A stretch of DNA of 64,000 nucleotides from Candidatus Spechtbacteria bacterium (GTDB taxonomy: Bacteria > Patescibacteriota > Minisyncoccia > Spechtbacterales > JACPHP01): assembly GCA_016188605.1 (NCBI GenBank), contig JACPHP010000015.1:18833-82832 (forward strand), read 5' to 3'. The position numbers and the translations under genes were made by a program. Under the pieces are notes generated by a model. That model was not told where the DNA came from. It did no database searches and saw nothing but the letters and a program-made list of their open reading frames with translations. Positions 8,906-19,070 of the stretch are shown here, piece by piece (the stretch's first letter is position 1; each line of letters starts with the position of its first letter).

Positions 8906-10840
8906 ATGTCCCCAGTAGAACCAAAACAACCAACATCACCGCGGGTTCCTCATAGACCGCGACATCGAGGCCTTGATATATCGAGGCACAATCCTTCAGG
9001 GCGTGGCACATCGGGCCAAAAAAGGTCTAGATTCGGCAGCCATGACCGCCAGCGACGCATTCGTGTCGCCCAATCACCGCTCACCGGCGCGCAGCCGGCG
9101 GGTTTTAACGTAGCTCCACAGCTTTCAGCAACCCCAGATGACCATGTAAAGATTATTCCAATGGGCGGGCTTGAGGAAGTAGGCCGAAATATGACAATTA
9201 TTGAGTATCGCGATAAGGTGCTCATAATAGACATGGGCTTACAGTTTCCAGAAGAAGATATGCCGGGCATCGATTACATCATCCCGAATATCTCATATCT
9301 TACCGAACCAACGCCTAATGGCCCTGGCCTGAATAAGATTGAAGGCAAAAAGAAAGAAGTGGTGGGCGTGGTAATCACCCACGGCCACATGGATCATGTC
9401 GGAGCAATTCCTCTTATTATTCCCAAAATAGATAATCCAACAATTTATGCTTCCGCTCTTTCGCGCGGCATCATCTTGAAGCGCCAGCAAGATTACCCAA
9501 ATGCGGCTCCGCTAGATATCCGAGAAGTAACCAAAGACACCGTGCTTGAGCTTGGCGCATTCCATATAGAATTTTTCCATGTAAACCACAACATTCCGGG
9601 AAGCTTGGGCGTGGTTGTAAAAACACCTATGGGCACAATAATGCACACGGGCGATTTTAAATTTGACCATTCGCCCGTTGGCGACGAGCCAGCTGACTTT
9701 GCGCGCATCGTAGCGCTCGGTTCACAAGGGATTGATGTGCTAATGTCCGATTCAACAAATTCAGAAACTCCAGGCTATACAATTTCTGAAACACAAGTAC
9801 AAAAAAATCTTGAAGATATTGTAAAATCCGCGCCTGGCCGCATTGTGGCGGCAACATTCGGCTCGCTTGTAAGCCGCATCCAACAGCTCGTTATTATCGC
9901 GGAAAAATATAACCGCAAAGTAGCGCTTGATGGATATAGCATGAAGGCCGCGTTTGAAATTTCGCGCGAGCTTGGCTTTATCAAAGTTCAACGCGACACT
10001 ATGATTGATGTAAAAAATATCAACGACTACCCCGCTAACCGCGTTATGCTAATTTGCACGGGCGCGCAAGGCGAGGGCGAGGCGGTGCTGATGCGCATCG
10101 CAAACAAAGAGCACCGCTATTTTACTATTCAAAAAAATGACACGGTTATCTTTTCTTCGTCAGTCGTTCCCGGCAACGAGCGCACTGTTCAATCGTTGAA
10201 AGATATCTTAATGTATCAAGGCGCGCGAATGTACCATTCGCGATTGATGGATATTCACGCCTCCGGCCACGCCCAAGTGGAAGACCTGAAGCTGATGATT
10301 AACTTAGTTAAACCGCGCTATATTATCCCTATTCATGGAAACCACTATATGTTGCGCTTGCACGGTGATATTGCCGAAAGCATTGGCATGATCCCAAACC
10401 ATGTTCTTGTAGTAGGCAACGGCCATGTTGTTACGATGCGCAACCACGAGCTAACCGTCACCAAAGATCGAGTACAGACAAGCTATGTGATGGTTGACGG
10501 ACTTGGCATAGGAGACGTCGGCAATGTTGTGTTGCGCGACCGCCAGGCAATGGCGCAAGATGGCATGCTTGTGGTAATCGCAACAGTAGATAGCCAAACC
10601 GGTAAAGTTAAGGGTAATCCTGATATTATTTCCCGCGGGTTTATTTACCTGCGCGAATCAAAACCATTGCTCGCTGAAGTGCGCAAACGCACCAAAGAGA
10701 TCGTGGAGCACGCTTCAGCCCCCGACCGCGACAGCAACTGGGCGTATATAAAAACAGTTCTGCGCGACAAGCTTGGCGATTTCCTATTCCAGCAAACCAA
10801 ACGCCGCCCGATGGTGCTGCCAGTGGTGATTGAAGTATAA
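8906..10840 (+). CDS. rnj: Ribonuclease J
   Basis: HGHMDHVGAIP metallo-beta-lactamase motif and beta-CASP/RNase J architecture. Has an Arg-rich 85-aa N-terminal extension in a G+C-rich stretch. The true start could be the internal MGGLEEVGRNM. Confidence 0.85.
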   Translation: MSPVEPKQPTSPRVPHRPRHRGLDISRHNPSGRGTSGQKRSRFGSHDRQRRIRVAQSPLTGAQPAGFNVAPQLSATPDDHVKIIPMGGLEEVGRNMTIIEYRDKVLIIDMGLQFPEEDMPGIDYIIPNISYLTEPTPNGPGLNKIEGKKKEVVGVVITHGHMDHVGAIPLIIPKIDNPTIYASALSRGIILKRQQDYPNAAPLDIREVTKDTVLELGAFHIEFFHVNHNIPGSLGVVVKTPMGTIMHTGDFKFDHSPVGDEPADFARIVALGSQGIDVLMSDSTNSETPGYTISETQVQKNLEDIVKSAPGRIVAATFGSLVSRIQQLVIIAEKYNRKVALDGYSMKAAFEISRELGFIKVQRDTMIDVKNINDYPANRVMLICTGAQGEGEAVLMRIANKEHRYFTIQKNDTVIFSSSVVPGNERTVQSLKDILMYQGARMYHSRLMDIHASGHAQVEDLKLMINLVKPRYIIPIHGNHYMLRLHGDIAESIGMIPNHVLVVGNGHVVTMRNHELTVTKDRVQTSYVMVDGLGIGDVGNVVLRDRQAMAQDGMLVVIATVDSQTGKVKGNPDIISRGFIYLRESKPLLAEVRKRTKEIVEHASAPDRDSNWAYIKTVLRDKLGDFLFQQTKRRPMVLPVVIEV

Positions 10841-10844
10841 TAAT

Positions 10845-10970
10845 AAAATTATCTCAAATCTCAAATGGCAAATCTTAAATCTAAATCGCAAATCTAAAAT
10901 CTTATCCGTAGTTTTAAGATTTGAGTTATAGTTTTGCGATTTAAGATTTGAGTTTTGAGATATAATATTA
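10845..10970. repeat. 'atctcaaa' word-palindrome element
   Basis: tctcaaatctcaaatggcaaatct ... agatttgagttttgagat. Confidence 0.6.
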
Positions 10971-11032
10971 TTAGCACTTAAAAATTACAACATATTTTCT
11001 TAAATCGTAAATTTTATCTCTTAAATCTACTT

Positions 11033-12001
11033 ATGCGTATCTTAAGCGGCATCCAACCTACCGGCCAGCTCCATTTGGGAAACTATCTTGGAGCTTTGCA
11101 AAACTTTGTGGCATTGCAGGAAACTAACGACTGCTATTTCATGATAGCGGACTTGCACGCGCTAACAGTGGCGCACGAGCCAAAACAGCTCGCGCAAAAC
11201 ACGCGCGAGCTTATGCGCGCTTTTCTTGCCATTGGTCTTGATCCGAAACGTTCCGTGCTTTTTGTGCAATCGCATATTCCCGCGCACACCGAGCTTGCGT
11301 GGATCTTTAACACCATCACTCCGCTTGGCGAGCTTGAGCGCATGACACAATTTAAAGAAAAAACGGAACAGTCGTCATCTATAAATCTAGGGCTTCTTAG
11401 CTATCCCGTACTGATGGCGGCGGATATTTTACTGTATAAACCCCACGCAATACCCGTTGGCGAAGATCAGGTGCAACATCTTGAGATGACGCGCAGCATC
11501 GCTCGCAAATTCACCAATTTTTACGGAAAACTTTTTGTTGAGCCGGAAGCGATTTTAACAAAAAGCACCTCTCGTGTGATGTCGCTGCAAGACCCGACAA
11601 AAAAAATGTCCAAATCTCTTGGGCCGCAAAATTATGTTGGAATTTTTGAAGACGAAGAAATAATAAAGGATAAAATAAAAAAAGCCGTAACTGATTCAGG
11701 AAGCGAAGTAAAATATAATCCGAAAGCAAAGCCCGCCATTTCAAATCTTCTTGCAATTTACAGCATGATAAGCGGCATGACTATCCCGCAACTTGAAAAA
11801 AGATATGAGGGCCGAGGATACGCTGATTTTAAAAACGAACTTGCAGACGCCGTTATTAAACACCTTAAACCAATCAGAGAAAAATTCCAAAATATTTCAG
11901 ATGACGAAGCGGCTGAAATATTTGAAAAAGGCGGCCGCAAAGCAAGAACGGAAGCAGATGCGGTAATGAAGGTGGTGCGAAAACGAGTTGGACTGGTTTA
12001 G
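11033..12001 (+). CDS. trpS: Tryptophan--tRNA ligase
   Basis: GIQPTGQLHLGNYLG (HIGH-class motif) and KMSKS present. Length 322 aa. Confidence 0.9.
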   Translation: MRILSGIQPTGQLHLGNYLGALQNFVALQETNDCYFMIADLHALTVAHEPKQLAQNTRELMRAFLAIGLDPKRSVLFVQSHIPAHTELAWIFNTITPLGELERMTQFKEKTEQSSSINLGLLSYPVLMAADILLYKPHAIPVGEDQVQHLEMTRSIARKFTNFYGKLFVEPEAILTKSTSRVMSLQDPTKKMSKSLGPQNYVGIFEDEEIIKDKIKKAVTDSGSEVKYNPKAKPAISNLLAIYSMISGMTIPQLEKRYEGRGYADFKNELADAVIKHLKPIREKFQNISDDEAAEIFEKGGRKARTEADAVMKVVRKRVGLV

Positions 12002-12039
12002 TGAGTCGACTAAGATGTTGAATAGGAAAACGAAATAAC

Positions 12040-12165
12040 GAATCATCCTCATAATCCTCGGCAGACAGGTGAATACAGAATCATGAATAGTGAATAGTGA
12101 ATACTAGAATACCGTATATCTAAATACAGTATTCATGATTCGTGATTCACTATTCACGATTCTAA
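12040..12165. repeat. Word-palindrome (gaatcatgaatagtgaat words)
   Basis: Inverted arrays gaatcatgaatagtgaatagtgaata ... tattcatgattcgtgattcactattcacgattc. Related element at 35760-35850. Confidence 0.55.
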
Positions 12166-12167
12166 GG

Positions 12168-13694
12168 TCACACGTACCCCAACTTTCCTGTCAATGACGC
12201 CACATGCTCGCGATCAAGCTTGTCTTGAATTTCCGGAAATGTCTCTAAAATATCCGCGAAGATATTTTTCATCTCCAGCACCCTCTCATCCGTCAACGCT
12301 TCAAAGCGCGCGGTGAGATACGGCGAGGTGTTGGATGCGCGGATCAACCCCCATGACTGCGCGTCAAACATCACGCGCGCGCCGTCAATTGTAATGACGT
12401 TGTATTTTTGCGACAACTCCGCGGACACGCGGCTTACTACATCGTGCTTTACGCTATCCTCGCACGGCAATTTAATTTCCGGCGTGCGCACGCGATGCGG
12501 AATAATAGAGAACATAGATGAAAATGGCCCGTCGTGCTCCGATAGTAAGCGCAGCATTAACGCCGCGGCATAAAAAGCATCATCAATCTTGTAGTAATCC
12601 TCGCAAATATAGATATGGCCGGATTTTTCTCCACCGAGAATAATATCCGGATCATGGCGCAGTGTGTCCTTAATATTAGCGTGCCCCGTGCGGTGCATCA
12701 AAGGAATGCCACCCAACTGCGGAATCATTTCTACCAGCACCTGGCTGCACTTAACGTCAAAAAGAATCTTTTTGCCAGGATTTCGCGACAGCGCGTCTTT
12801 GGCAAGAAACAGAATAAAATCATCGGCGTTTACGAATGTGCCGTTTTCATCCACAAAACCCACACGATCGCCGTCCGCGTCAAAGCCAATGCCGATATCG
12901 GCGCCAAGCTCCTTTACTCTTTTTGAAAGCATCTGCATATTTTGCGGAGCTTCAGGGTCGGGAATATGATTTGGAAAATACGCGTTCGGCTCAAGATACA
13001 AACCTTCCATTACATTACAGCCAAGCTTTGTAAAATAATCCATCACATACAATCCGGGCGTACCGTTGCCGCAATCAATTACAATGTTTAATTTCTTTTT
13101 TAATTTAATTCGCTCCAGGGCGTAGTCGCGATATTGCTCGTATGCGTTATTAAGCATTTCAATATTGCCCCTACTTTCCGCAACGTCGTAATCGTCATCA
13201 AGAACCATCTGGCGCATTCTTTGAAGTTCCTCGCCGTATATCGGAGCAGTGCCTTTTTTCGTCGGCTTAAAACCATTAAAAAAATACACATTGTGGCTAC
13301 CGGTAATGTTCACCCCCCCGTCCAAACCCAAATAAGACACCAGAAAATAAATCATCGGCGTCATGGTTTTGCCCGCGTCAACAACGTCAATGCCAACGCT
13401 AAGAATGCCGCCTACAAAAGCTCCTTTCAATTCCTCGGCATACGGGCGAATCTCGTAGCCGATAATTACTTTCTTTCCGCCGCCACGCTTTATTATGGCG
13501 CCATAAGCCATGCCGATTGCTTTTGCGGTTTCTAAATTAATAGTGACGCCCGGAAACTTTCCGTACCATTTTTCATACTCAGCAATTGCTTCGGATGTAA
13601 ATTCCACCCCAGCGACACCACGTATGTCATACTCACGGAATATATAGGGATCGATGTTCATAAAAATATGAATTTTTAATTTTGAATTTATCAC
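12168..13694 (-). CDS. Phosphoglucomutase/phosphomannomutase family protein
   Basis: GITGSHNV active-site serine loop and GFDADGDRVGFVD metal-binding loop. Confidence 0.75.
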   Translation of the reverse strand: MINSKLKIHIFMNIDPYIFREYDIRGVAGVEFTSEAIAEYEKWYGKFPGVTINLETAKAIGMAYGAIIKRGGGKKVIIGYEIRPYAEELKGAFVGGILSVGIDVVDAGKTMTPMIYFLVSYLGLDGGVNITGSHNVYFFNGFKPTKKGTAPIYGEELQRMRQMVLDDDYDVAESRGNIEMLNNAYEQYRDYALERIKLKKKLNIVIDCGNGTPGLYVMDYFTKLGCNVMEGLYLEPNAYFPNHIPDPEAPQNMQMLSKRVKELGADIGIGFDADGDRVGFVDENGTFVNADDFILFLAKDALSRNPGKKILFDVKCSQVLVEMIPQLGGIPLMHRTGHANIKDTLRHDPDIILGGEKSGHIYICEDYYKIDDAFYAAALMLRLLSEHDGPFSSMFSIIPHRVRTPEIKLPCEDSVKHDVVSRVSAELSQKYNVITIDGARVMFDAQSWGLIRASNTSPYLTARFEALTDERVLEMKNIFADILETFPEIQDKLDREHVASLTGKLGYV

Positions 13695-13767
13695 TATTTA
13701 CTCAATCCCAGTATACTCGCCTACGGGCATCTTCACAAGCTCTAAATACTATGCTAGACTGCCAGAC

Positions 13768-14379
13768 ATGGAAACTAAAACTACACCACAATCAAAAGAG
13801 GTGCGGACGTACCAGCTGACTTACATTCTTCCTCCCACAATCACCGAGGAAGCTGTGGCGCAGCGAAGAAATGAAATAACACAACAACTCACTGAAAAAG
13901 GAGCAAACGTCACTGAGGGTCGCGATGCATCGAAAAAGAAGCTCGCTTATCCTATTGCCGGGCAAACATACGGCTTTATGGGGGAAATACAATTCTGGGC
14001 ATCTTCGGAGGCTCTCCCCGCAATACAACAAGCCATCAAGCATATTGACGATTTGACGCGTTTTATGATTACTTACGAAAAACCGCGCAAGACGCAACAG
14101 CGCGTACGCCCAAGCATCAATAAAACAGCGGGGGCAATAGCAGAAAACCAGGCGAAAACAACTTCGCATGAAATAAAAGAAGCGCCTGCCTTCGCTAAAA
14201 GCTACGACGAGGCTAGGGAAGCGCCAAAGCAACCAACCGAAATTACGGCGGAAAAAACGGAAGGATTTGCGCGGGTATTTGACCAGCAAGAACAGCCGAA
14301 GAAAGAAACACACTTCAAAGAAAAAATCAGCATTGAAGATATTGATAAGCGATTGGATGAGATAATGAAGAACATATAA
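13768..14379 (+). CDS. rpsF: 30S ribosomal protein S6 with long C-terminal extension
   Basis: N-terminal YQLTYILPP...EITQQLTEKGANV pattern. Sits in the conserved rpsF-ssb-rpsR arrangement. Confidence 0.6.
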   Translation: METKTTPQSKEVRTYQLTYILPPTITEEAVAQRRNEITQQLTEKGANVTEGRDASKKKLAYPIAGQTYGFMGEIQFWASSEALPAIQQAIKHIDDLTRFMITYEKPRKTQQRVRPSINKTAGAIAENQAKTTSHEIKEAPAFAKSYDEAREAPKQPTEITAEKTEGFARVFDQQEQPKKETHFKEKISIEDIDKRLDEIMKNI

Positions 14380-14384
14380 TTTAA

Positions 14385-14510
14385 TCTCAAAATTCAAATG
14401 TCAAATGTCAAAACTACGGTGTGAGTTTTCTTAAAGAAAACTCACTTATATAATCGCCATAGGCGATACCATAGTTTTGCGATTTGCGTTTTGAGATTTA
14501 AGATTAATTA
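14385..14510. repeat. 'atctcaaa' word-palindrome element
   Basis: tctcaaaattcaaatgtcaaatgtcaaaact ... gttttgcgatttgcgttttgagatt. Confidence 0.55.
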
Positions 14511-14516
14511 AATACT

Positions 14517-15014
14517 ATGAATCTCAACAAAGCATTTGTCCTGGGACGACTAACTCGCGATCCTGAATCGCGCTCTACTCCATCAGGCCAGCAAGTGTGC
14601 AACTTCAGTATCGCTACCTCACGCATCTGGTACGATCAAGCGCGTCAAAAACAGGAAAAAACAGAATTTCACAATATAGTCGCCTGGGGACGGCTGGCGG
14701 AAATAGCGGGGCAATACCTCACGAAAGGCGCGTTGGTACTTGTTGAGGGACGTATTGAAACGCGGAGCTGGGAAGATCAGACGGGAGTAAAAAAATATCG
14801 CACGGAAATAATTGCCGAGAACATGCAAATGGGTCCACGAGCGCAAAACGCGGGTGGTGGAGCGCTGACGCAGAGCCAAGGCGCGTCGTCTTCACCAATG
14901 AATAATACCGCGCCAGTTCAATCAGCTCCATCACAAGACATTCCAACAATTGAGTCTGATACTCCCTATTCAAACGCAGATGATGAGATTGACGTAAAAG
15001 ATATACCTTTTTAG
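14517..15014 (+). CDS. ssb: Single-stranded DNA-binding protein
   Basis: OB-fold N-terminus (FHNIVAWGRLAE, LVEGRIETRSWED). Gly/Gln-rich tail ending in the acidic DDEIDVKDIPF. Confidence 0.85.
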   Translation: MNLNKAFVLGRLTRDPESRSTPSGQQVCNFSIATSRIWYDQARQKQEKTEFHNIVAWGRLAEIAGQYLTKGALVLVEGRIETRSWEDQTGVKKYRTEIIAENMQMGPRAQNAGGGALTQSQGASSSPMNNTAPVQSAPSQDIPTIESDTPYSNADDEIDVKDIPF

Positions 15015-15129
15015 TCTCATTAGCGGCGTCACCGCTAATGAGACTCGCAGAATAACGCAGACTAAACGCAGAAAGACGCAGAAGACCTAAAAATAATTTT
15101 TCACTTTCAATTTTTATTTTAGTAAAAAT

Positions 15130-15339
15130 ATGATAAAACAATGCTATTATTGCACGCACGCGCAAAAGCCAGTTGACTGGAAAGATATCCAGACACTGCG
15201 CAAGTTCACCTCCACGCAAGGTAGAATCCTTGCTCCACGAGTTACAGGCGCGTGCAGCAAGCATCAAAGGAAAATCGCCCGCGCAATAAAGCGCGCTCGC
15301 GTCATGAGCTTGATGCCATTCACAATCCAGGCAGTATAA
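15130..15339 (+). CDS. rpsR: 30S ribosomal protein S18
   Basis: YCTHAQKPVDWKDIQTLRKFTSTQGRILAPRVTGACSKHQRKIARAIKRAR. Confidence 0.8.
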   Translation: MIKQCYYCTHAQKPVDWKDIQTLRKFTSTQGRILAPRVTGACSKHQRKIARAIKRARVMSLMPFTIQAV

Positions 15340-15467
15340 TCAAAAACACCACTGCAATTGCAGTGGTGTTTTTGATTTAGACAAAATAGAAGGCTACTTG
15401 GTGAAATGGAAAAGGACGGCATACGCTGTCCTTTTCCATTTTTTGTACTACCCATCTTACATATGTC

Positions 15468-16256
15468 TTACTTACTGTTAGAAATATTGTTCATTTTTTT
15501 ATCTATTTCCTCGTAAAGCTCTAACCCTGCTTGCTCAAAAACCTTCAATAAATCTTCATAGGTATCACTACCGCCAAGAAAATCCCAGAACTCAACACCT
15601 ACTAATACCTCATTTTGTAGATCAAAAAGCCCTTGCAGCGTCCAGCGTTCATATGGCCTTGGTTCGTAGGGATTATATGGAATAGCAACAATTGTTTTTA
15701 CTTTCGCTTTCGGATTTTCGCTTCCACGCATTGCGATCCAATCGAGCATTTGTTTCTTGATTCCGGTAAATTCATTAATATTTGGTTTTGCGCTTTTTAC
15801 TTCAAAATAATATTCTGTTTCATCTTCCATCTCCACGAAAAGATCGACGCGCTTTTTTAGTTTCTTTCCCATTTCACCTTTACCGGAGACAGACAGCACC
15901 TCTTTTGTTTCATTTTCTTTATCCGGTGATCGCGAAGTAGAGCGCAACTCGCGCATTATGCTATCAATTTTCAAAACTGCTTCACTGCTTATATATCCCT
16001 CAAACTCTTTATATTGTCCGATTGCGCGTTTGGCTCGTGGTTCGGCAATTATTTTTCCAACCTGTTCAAAAATCGATGTCCCAAGTATTGTATTTACCGA
16101 TTGAATAAAGGAAAACAGCGCCATTCTATCTTTGCCAAGCAAACGAAAATGAAATGGCATTGAATTTGTCTCGGGATTATACGTTACTAATTTTTGACGA
16201 ATTCTTCCAACCAAATACTCCTTAATTTGTTTCCTTTGTTGTATTGTAAGTGCCAT
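15468..16256 (-). CDS. Putative type II restriction endonuclease (PD-(D/E)xK-like), cognate of the adjacent methyltransferase
   Basis: Sits immediately downstream of and co-oriented with the MTase. EMEDETEYYFEVKSAK resembles a D...E-x-K nuclease core. Family assignment is from memory only and uncertain. Confidence 0.4.
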   Translation of the reverse strand: MALTIQQRKQIKEYLVGRIRQKLVTYNPETNSMPFHFRLLGKDRMALFSFIQSVNTILGTSIFEQVGKIIAEPRAKRAIGQYKEFEGYISSEAVLKIDSIMRELRSTSRSPDKENETKEVLSVSGKGEMGKKLKKRVDLFVEMEDETEYYFEVKSAKPNINEFTGIKKQMLDWIAMRGSENPKAKVKTIVAIPYNPYEPRPYERWTLQGLFDLQNEVLVGVEFWDFLGGSDTYEDLLKVFEQAGLELYEEIDKKMNNISNSK

Positions 16257-16262
16257 ATTAAA

Positions 16263-17864
16263 TTAATTTCCGTTTTTAAAATGAAAAATTATTTCTGAAT
16301 ATGGATTTCTATCTCGTTCTGTACGATTCAATACGGGGCGCTTAAACTGATTCACGATCTTCATTCCTGATTTTTCAGCAATTGCAGGATAGAGATTATA
16401 TTTATCATTCGCAACAAGAAATGCATCAAAATCGTCAGTTAAAAATTTTCTACAATTAAGCAAAACTTTTGAGATTCCATCGACATACGATGCGCGTGCT
16501 TCTGCGCCCTGTCCTTTATAAAGAGGTCCTATTTCTAAACCATCATTACGCTCAAAGCCAAATAGATCGTATGCATAGGCATGCTGTTCGTGATAATCTA
16601 TCTGACCTACATACGGTGGTGAAGTAAAGATACCTTGTATTTTTTGTTTTTGTAAAACTTCATAACACTGCTTATTTCGTTTCCTAACCTCTTTAAAAAT
16701 ATCAACTGTCCGCGAATCGGCAGGAATAACCGAGTAATGAGCGCCAGTTTTCAATCCGGAAAATATTTTTAGTCGATAAACTGTATCAGTCGCATAATAA
16801 TCAAACCATGACTTGATAGAAAAAAGAGGCTTACATATTTTCTTATGCTTCCAGCAATAATAAGTAGTCAGTTGTGGTTCTTTGAGTGTCGCTAGGTCTG
16901 AATGAGTAGTGGCGCGACACGATCTAATAGTACGGCTTAAAATTACTGCTAAAGCTTTTTTGTTTTTGATATCCTTAATCTTTTTTACTTGCTCAAAGGC
17001 GAAGTCGATTTCTTTTCTAACATTTTTTATATACCACTTATCCAAGAAAGTCTTATCTTCCAATTGTTTTAATTCAATTCCATATTTTTTTACAAGATTC
17101 TTATAAATGCTTAAAAACTCCATTTCTTTTTCTGTGGCATATTTCTTTTCGTCATTGATTTGCCCACGCTGAACTTTATATTTAAAGTCTGGGCTTGGAA
17201 AATAAGAGTTATTAAACTCCGCCATAGATTCTAACAGCTCATTTTCAAATGCAATCATCTTACCATCTACCTCGTAACCCGTCATGGCTTGCTTAATTTT
17301 TTTTACCTCATTTTCAAGAGAGGTAATATCATAATCAAGTAACTTTACATCCGTCATCATGCAGTTGAAATGAGAAATATCGATGCCAATTGAATGCATG
17401 CCCATTTCAGTTGCTTGTACAAGTGTTGTGCCAGAGCCGGAAAACGGGTCCAAAATAATATCACCTGACTTGAAATACGCGCTTGTTTTAAAATCGTCGG
17501 TGTGGCTATCAATAAAATACTCTACTAATTGCGGAATAAACTTGCCCTTGTAGGGATGAAGCCTGTGGATATGTTTGGTCGTATCTTTCTCACGTAAATT
17601 GTCAAAAGATAATGCCCAATTTAAATCATTGCCAAGCTGCTTTTTCCAATTTATCTCTCTCTGCCCTTGATACGAGCCATAGTAATTTTTAAGATCACTA
17701 ACATCAACAAAAATAGAGTTACCGCCATTGTGCTTTTTCACTTTCCCGTACTGCACCAAATACGAGATATTCGATTCACTAACATCACGCTTGAGAAAAT
17801 CACTGGCCCACTGGCTAGCTTCTTTAATGGTTAGTAAATTTTTAGTTTGTTGTAAGATATTCAT
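16263..17864 (-). CDS. DNA amino-methyltransferase (N4-cytosine or N6-adenine), alpha-like motif order
   Basis: HPYKGKF...DPFSGSGTT (motifs X and I) near aa 100-150, and TSPPY (motif IV) near aa 415. SPPY favours m4C. Confidence 0.75.
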   Translation of the reverse strand: MNILQQTKNLLTIKEASQWASDFLKRDVSESNISYLVQYGKVKKHNGGNSIFVDVSDLKNYYGSYQGQREINWKKQLGNDLNWALSFDNLREKDTTKHIHRLHPYKGKFIPQLVEYFIDSHTDDFKTSAYFKSGDIILDPFSGSGTTLVQATEMGMHSIGIDISHFNCMMTDVKLLDYDITSLENEVKKIKQAMTGYEVDGKMIAFENELLESMAEFNNSYFPSPDFKYKVQRGQINDEKKYATEKEMEFLSIYKNLVKKYGIELKQLEDKTFLDKWYIKNVRKEIDFAFEQVKKIKDIKNKKALAVILSRTIRSCRATTHSDLATLKEPQLTTYYCWKHKKICKPLFSIKSWFDYYATDTVYRLKIFSGLKTGAHYSVIPADSRTVDIFKEVRKRNKQCYEVLQKQKIQGIFTSPPYVGQIDYHEQHAYAYDLFGFERNDGLEIGPLYKGQGAEARASYVDGISKVLLNCRKFLTDDFDAFLVANDKYNLYPAIAEKSGMKIVNQFKRPVLNRTERDRNPYSEIIFHFKNGN

Positions 17865-17865
17865 C

Positions 17866-18936
17866 TTACGCTTCGTGAATGCTCACTTTAATCTTCTTCT
17901 CAATTTCCTTGAGCACTGCTGAATTCTCTATCAAAAACTTTCGCGCGCCTTCCATGCCCTGGCCTAATTTGGTATCACCGTAGGCAAACCACGAACCCGC
18001 GCGCTCAACCACGTTATACTTTAATCCCACGTTAATTACATCAGCTATATAGGAAATACCTTCGTTGTACAAAATATCAAACTCCGCCGTACGGAAAGGC
18101 GCTGCCACTTTATTCTTTACTACTTTGGCATGTACTCTATTACCGATAATTTCTTCGCCTTGCTTAATTTGCGCGGCGCGGCGTACTTCTAGGCGCACTG
18201 ACGAGTAAAATTTCAGCGCGTTTCCGCCAGTGGTTGTTTCAGGATTCCCATATACAACGCCGATCTTCATGCGGATTTGATTGATGAAAATTACTGTAGT
18301 GTTTGTTTTGCTGGTAATTGCCGTGAGCTTGCGCAAAGCCTGCGACATTAGTCGCGCCTGAAGACCCATGTGCGAATCGCCCATCTCGCCCTCAATTTCC
18401 GCGCGTGGCGTCAGCGCCGCCACAGAGTCAACGATGATTACATCAACACTACCGGAACGCACGAGCGCTTCCACAATCTCAAGCGCCTGCTCGCCCGTAT
18501 CTGGCTGCGAAATAAGAAGAGTTTTAATATCTACCCCGATGCGCTTTGCGTATTCCGGATCAAGCGCGTGCTCCGCGTCAACAAATGCCGCGACTCCGCC
18601 GAGCTTCTGCGCCTGTGCCGCTATATGTAGCGTGAGTGTGGTTTTGCCTGAACTTTCCGGGCCGTAAATTTCAATGACACGGCCTCGTGGGATCCCTCCC
18701 ACGCCAAGCGCGATATCCAACGACAAAGAACCGGTAGGAATAATCTCTATGTTTTTGGCCGGCGCATCACCCATTTGCATAATCGCGCCCTCTCCAAAAC
18801 GCTTGCGAATATCGTTGATTGCCGCGTTCAGCTCTAGGGACTTGCCCTCCTTGCCCTGAGCATTGCCGAAGGGTTTGGCCTGGGATTTTGCTGAAGCCAA
18901 TTCATCTTTTTCTTCTTTCTGTGGTTTCTTGGACAT
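17866..18936 (-). CDS. recA: Recombinase RecA
   Basis: [10 protein letters not shown] Walker A. Full-length RecA pattern. Confidence 0.95.
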   Translation of the reverse strand: MSKKPQKEEKDELASAKSQAKPFGNAQGKEGKSLELNAAINDIRKRFGEGAIMQMGDAPAKNIEIIPTGSLSLDIALGVGGIPRGRVIEIYGPESSGKTTLTLHIAAQAQKLGGVAAFVDAEHALDPEYAKRIGVDIKTLLISQPDTGEQALEIVEALVRSGSVDVIIVDSVAALTPRAEIEGEMGDSHMGLQARLMSQALRKLTAITSKTNTTVIFINQIRMKIGVVYGNPETTTGGNALKFYSSVRLEVRRAAQIKQGEEIIGNRVHAKVVKNKVAAPFRTAEFDILYNEGISYIADVINVGLKYNVVERAGSWFAYGDTKLGQGMEGARKFLIENSAVLKEIEKKIKVSIHEA

Positions 18937-18954
18937 AAAATTTTTATTAATTAT

Positions 18955-19070
18955 ACTTATCTCAAATCTTAAATCGCAAAACTCAAAACTGAATCTAAAA
19001 TCTCAAAACTTTTTCTGTAGATTTAAGGTTTGAATTGTAATTTTGCGATTTGCAATTTGAGTTTTGAGAT
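18955..19070. repeat. 'atctcaaa' word-palindrome element
   Basis: ttatctcaaatcttaaatcgcaaaactcaaaact ... ttgcgatttgcaatttgagttttgagatt. Confidence 0.55.

Noticed and set aside
15015-15043. Perfect hairpin tctcattagcggcgtc-accgctaatgaga between ssb and rpsR, considered as a terminator
   Set aside because: No U-tract on either strand and it lies inside a conserved operon. More likely a processing or attenuation stem; not called.
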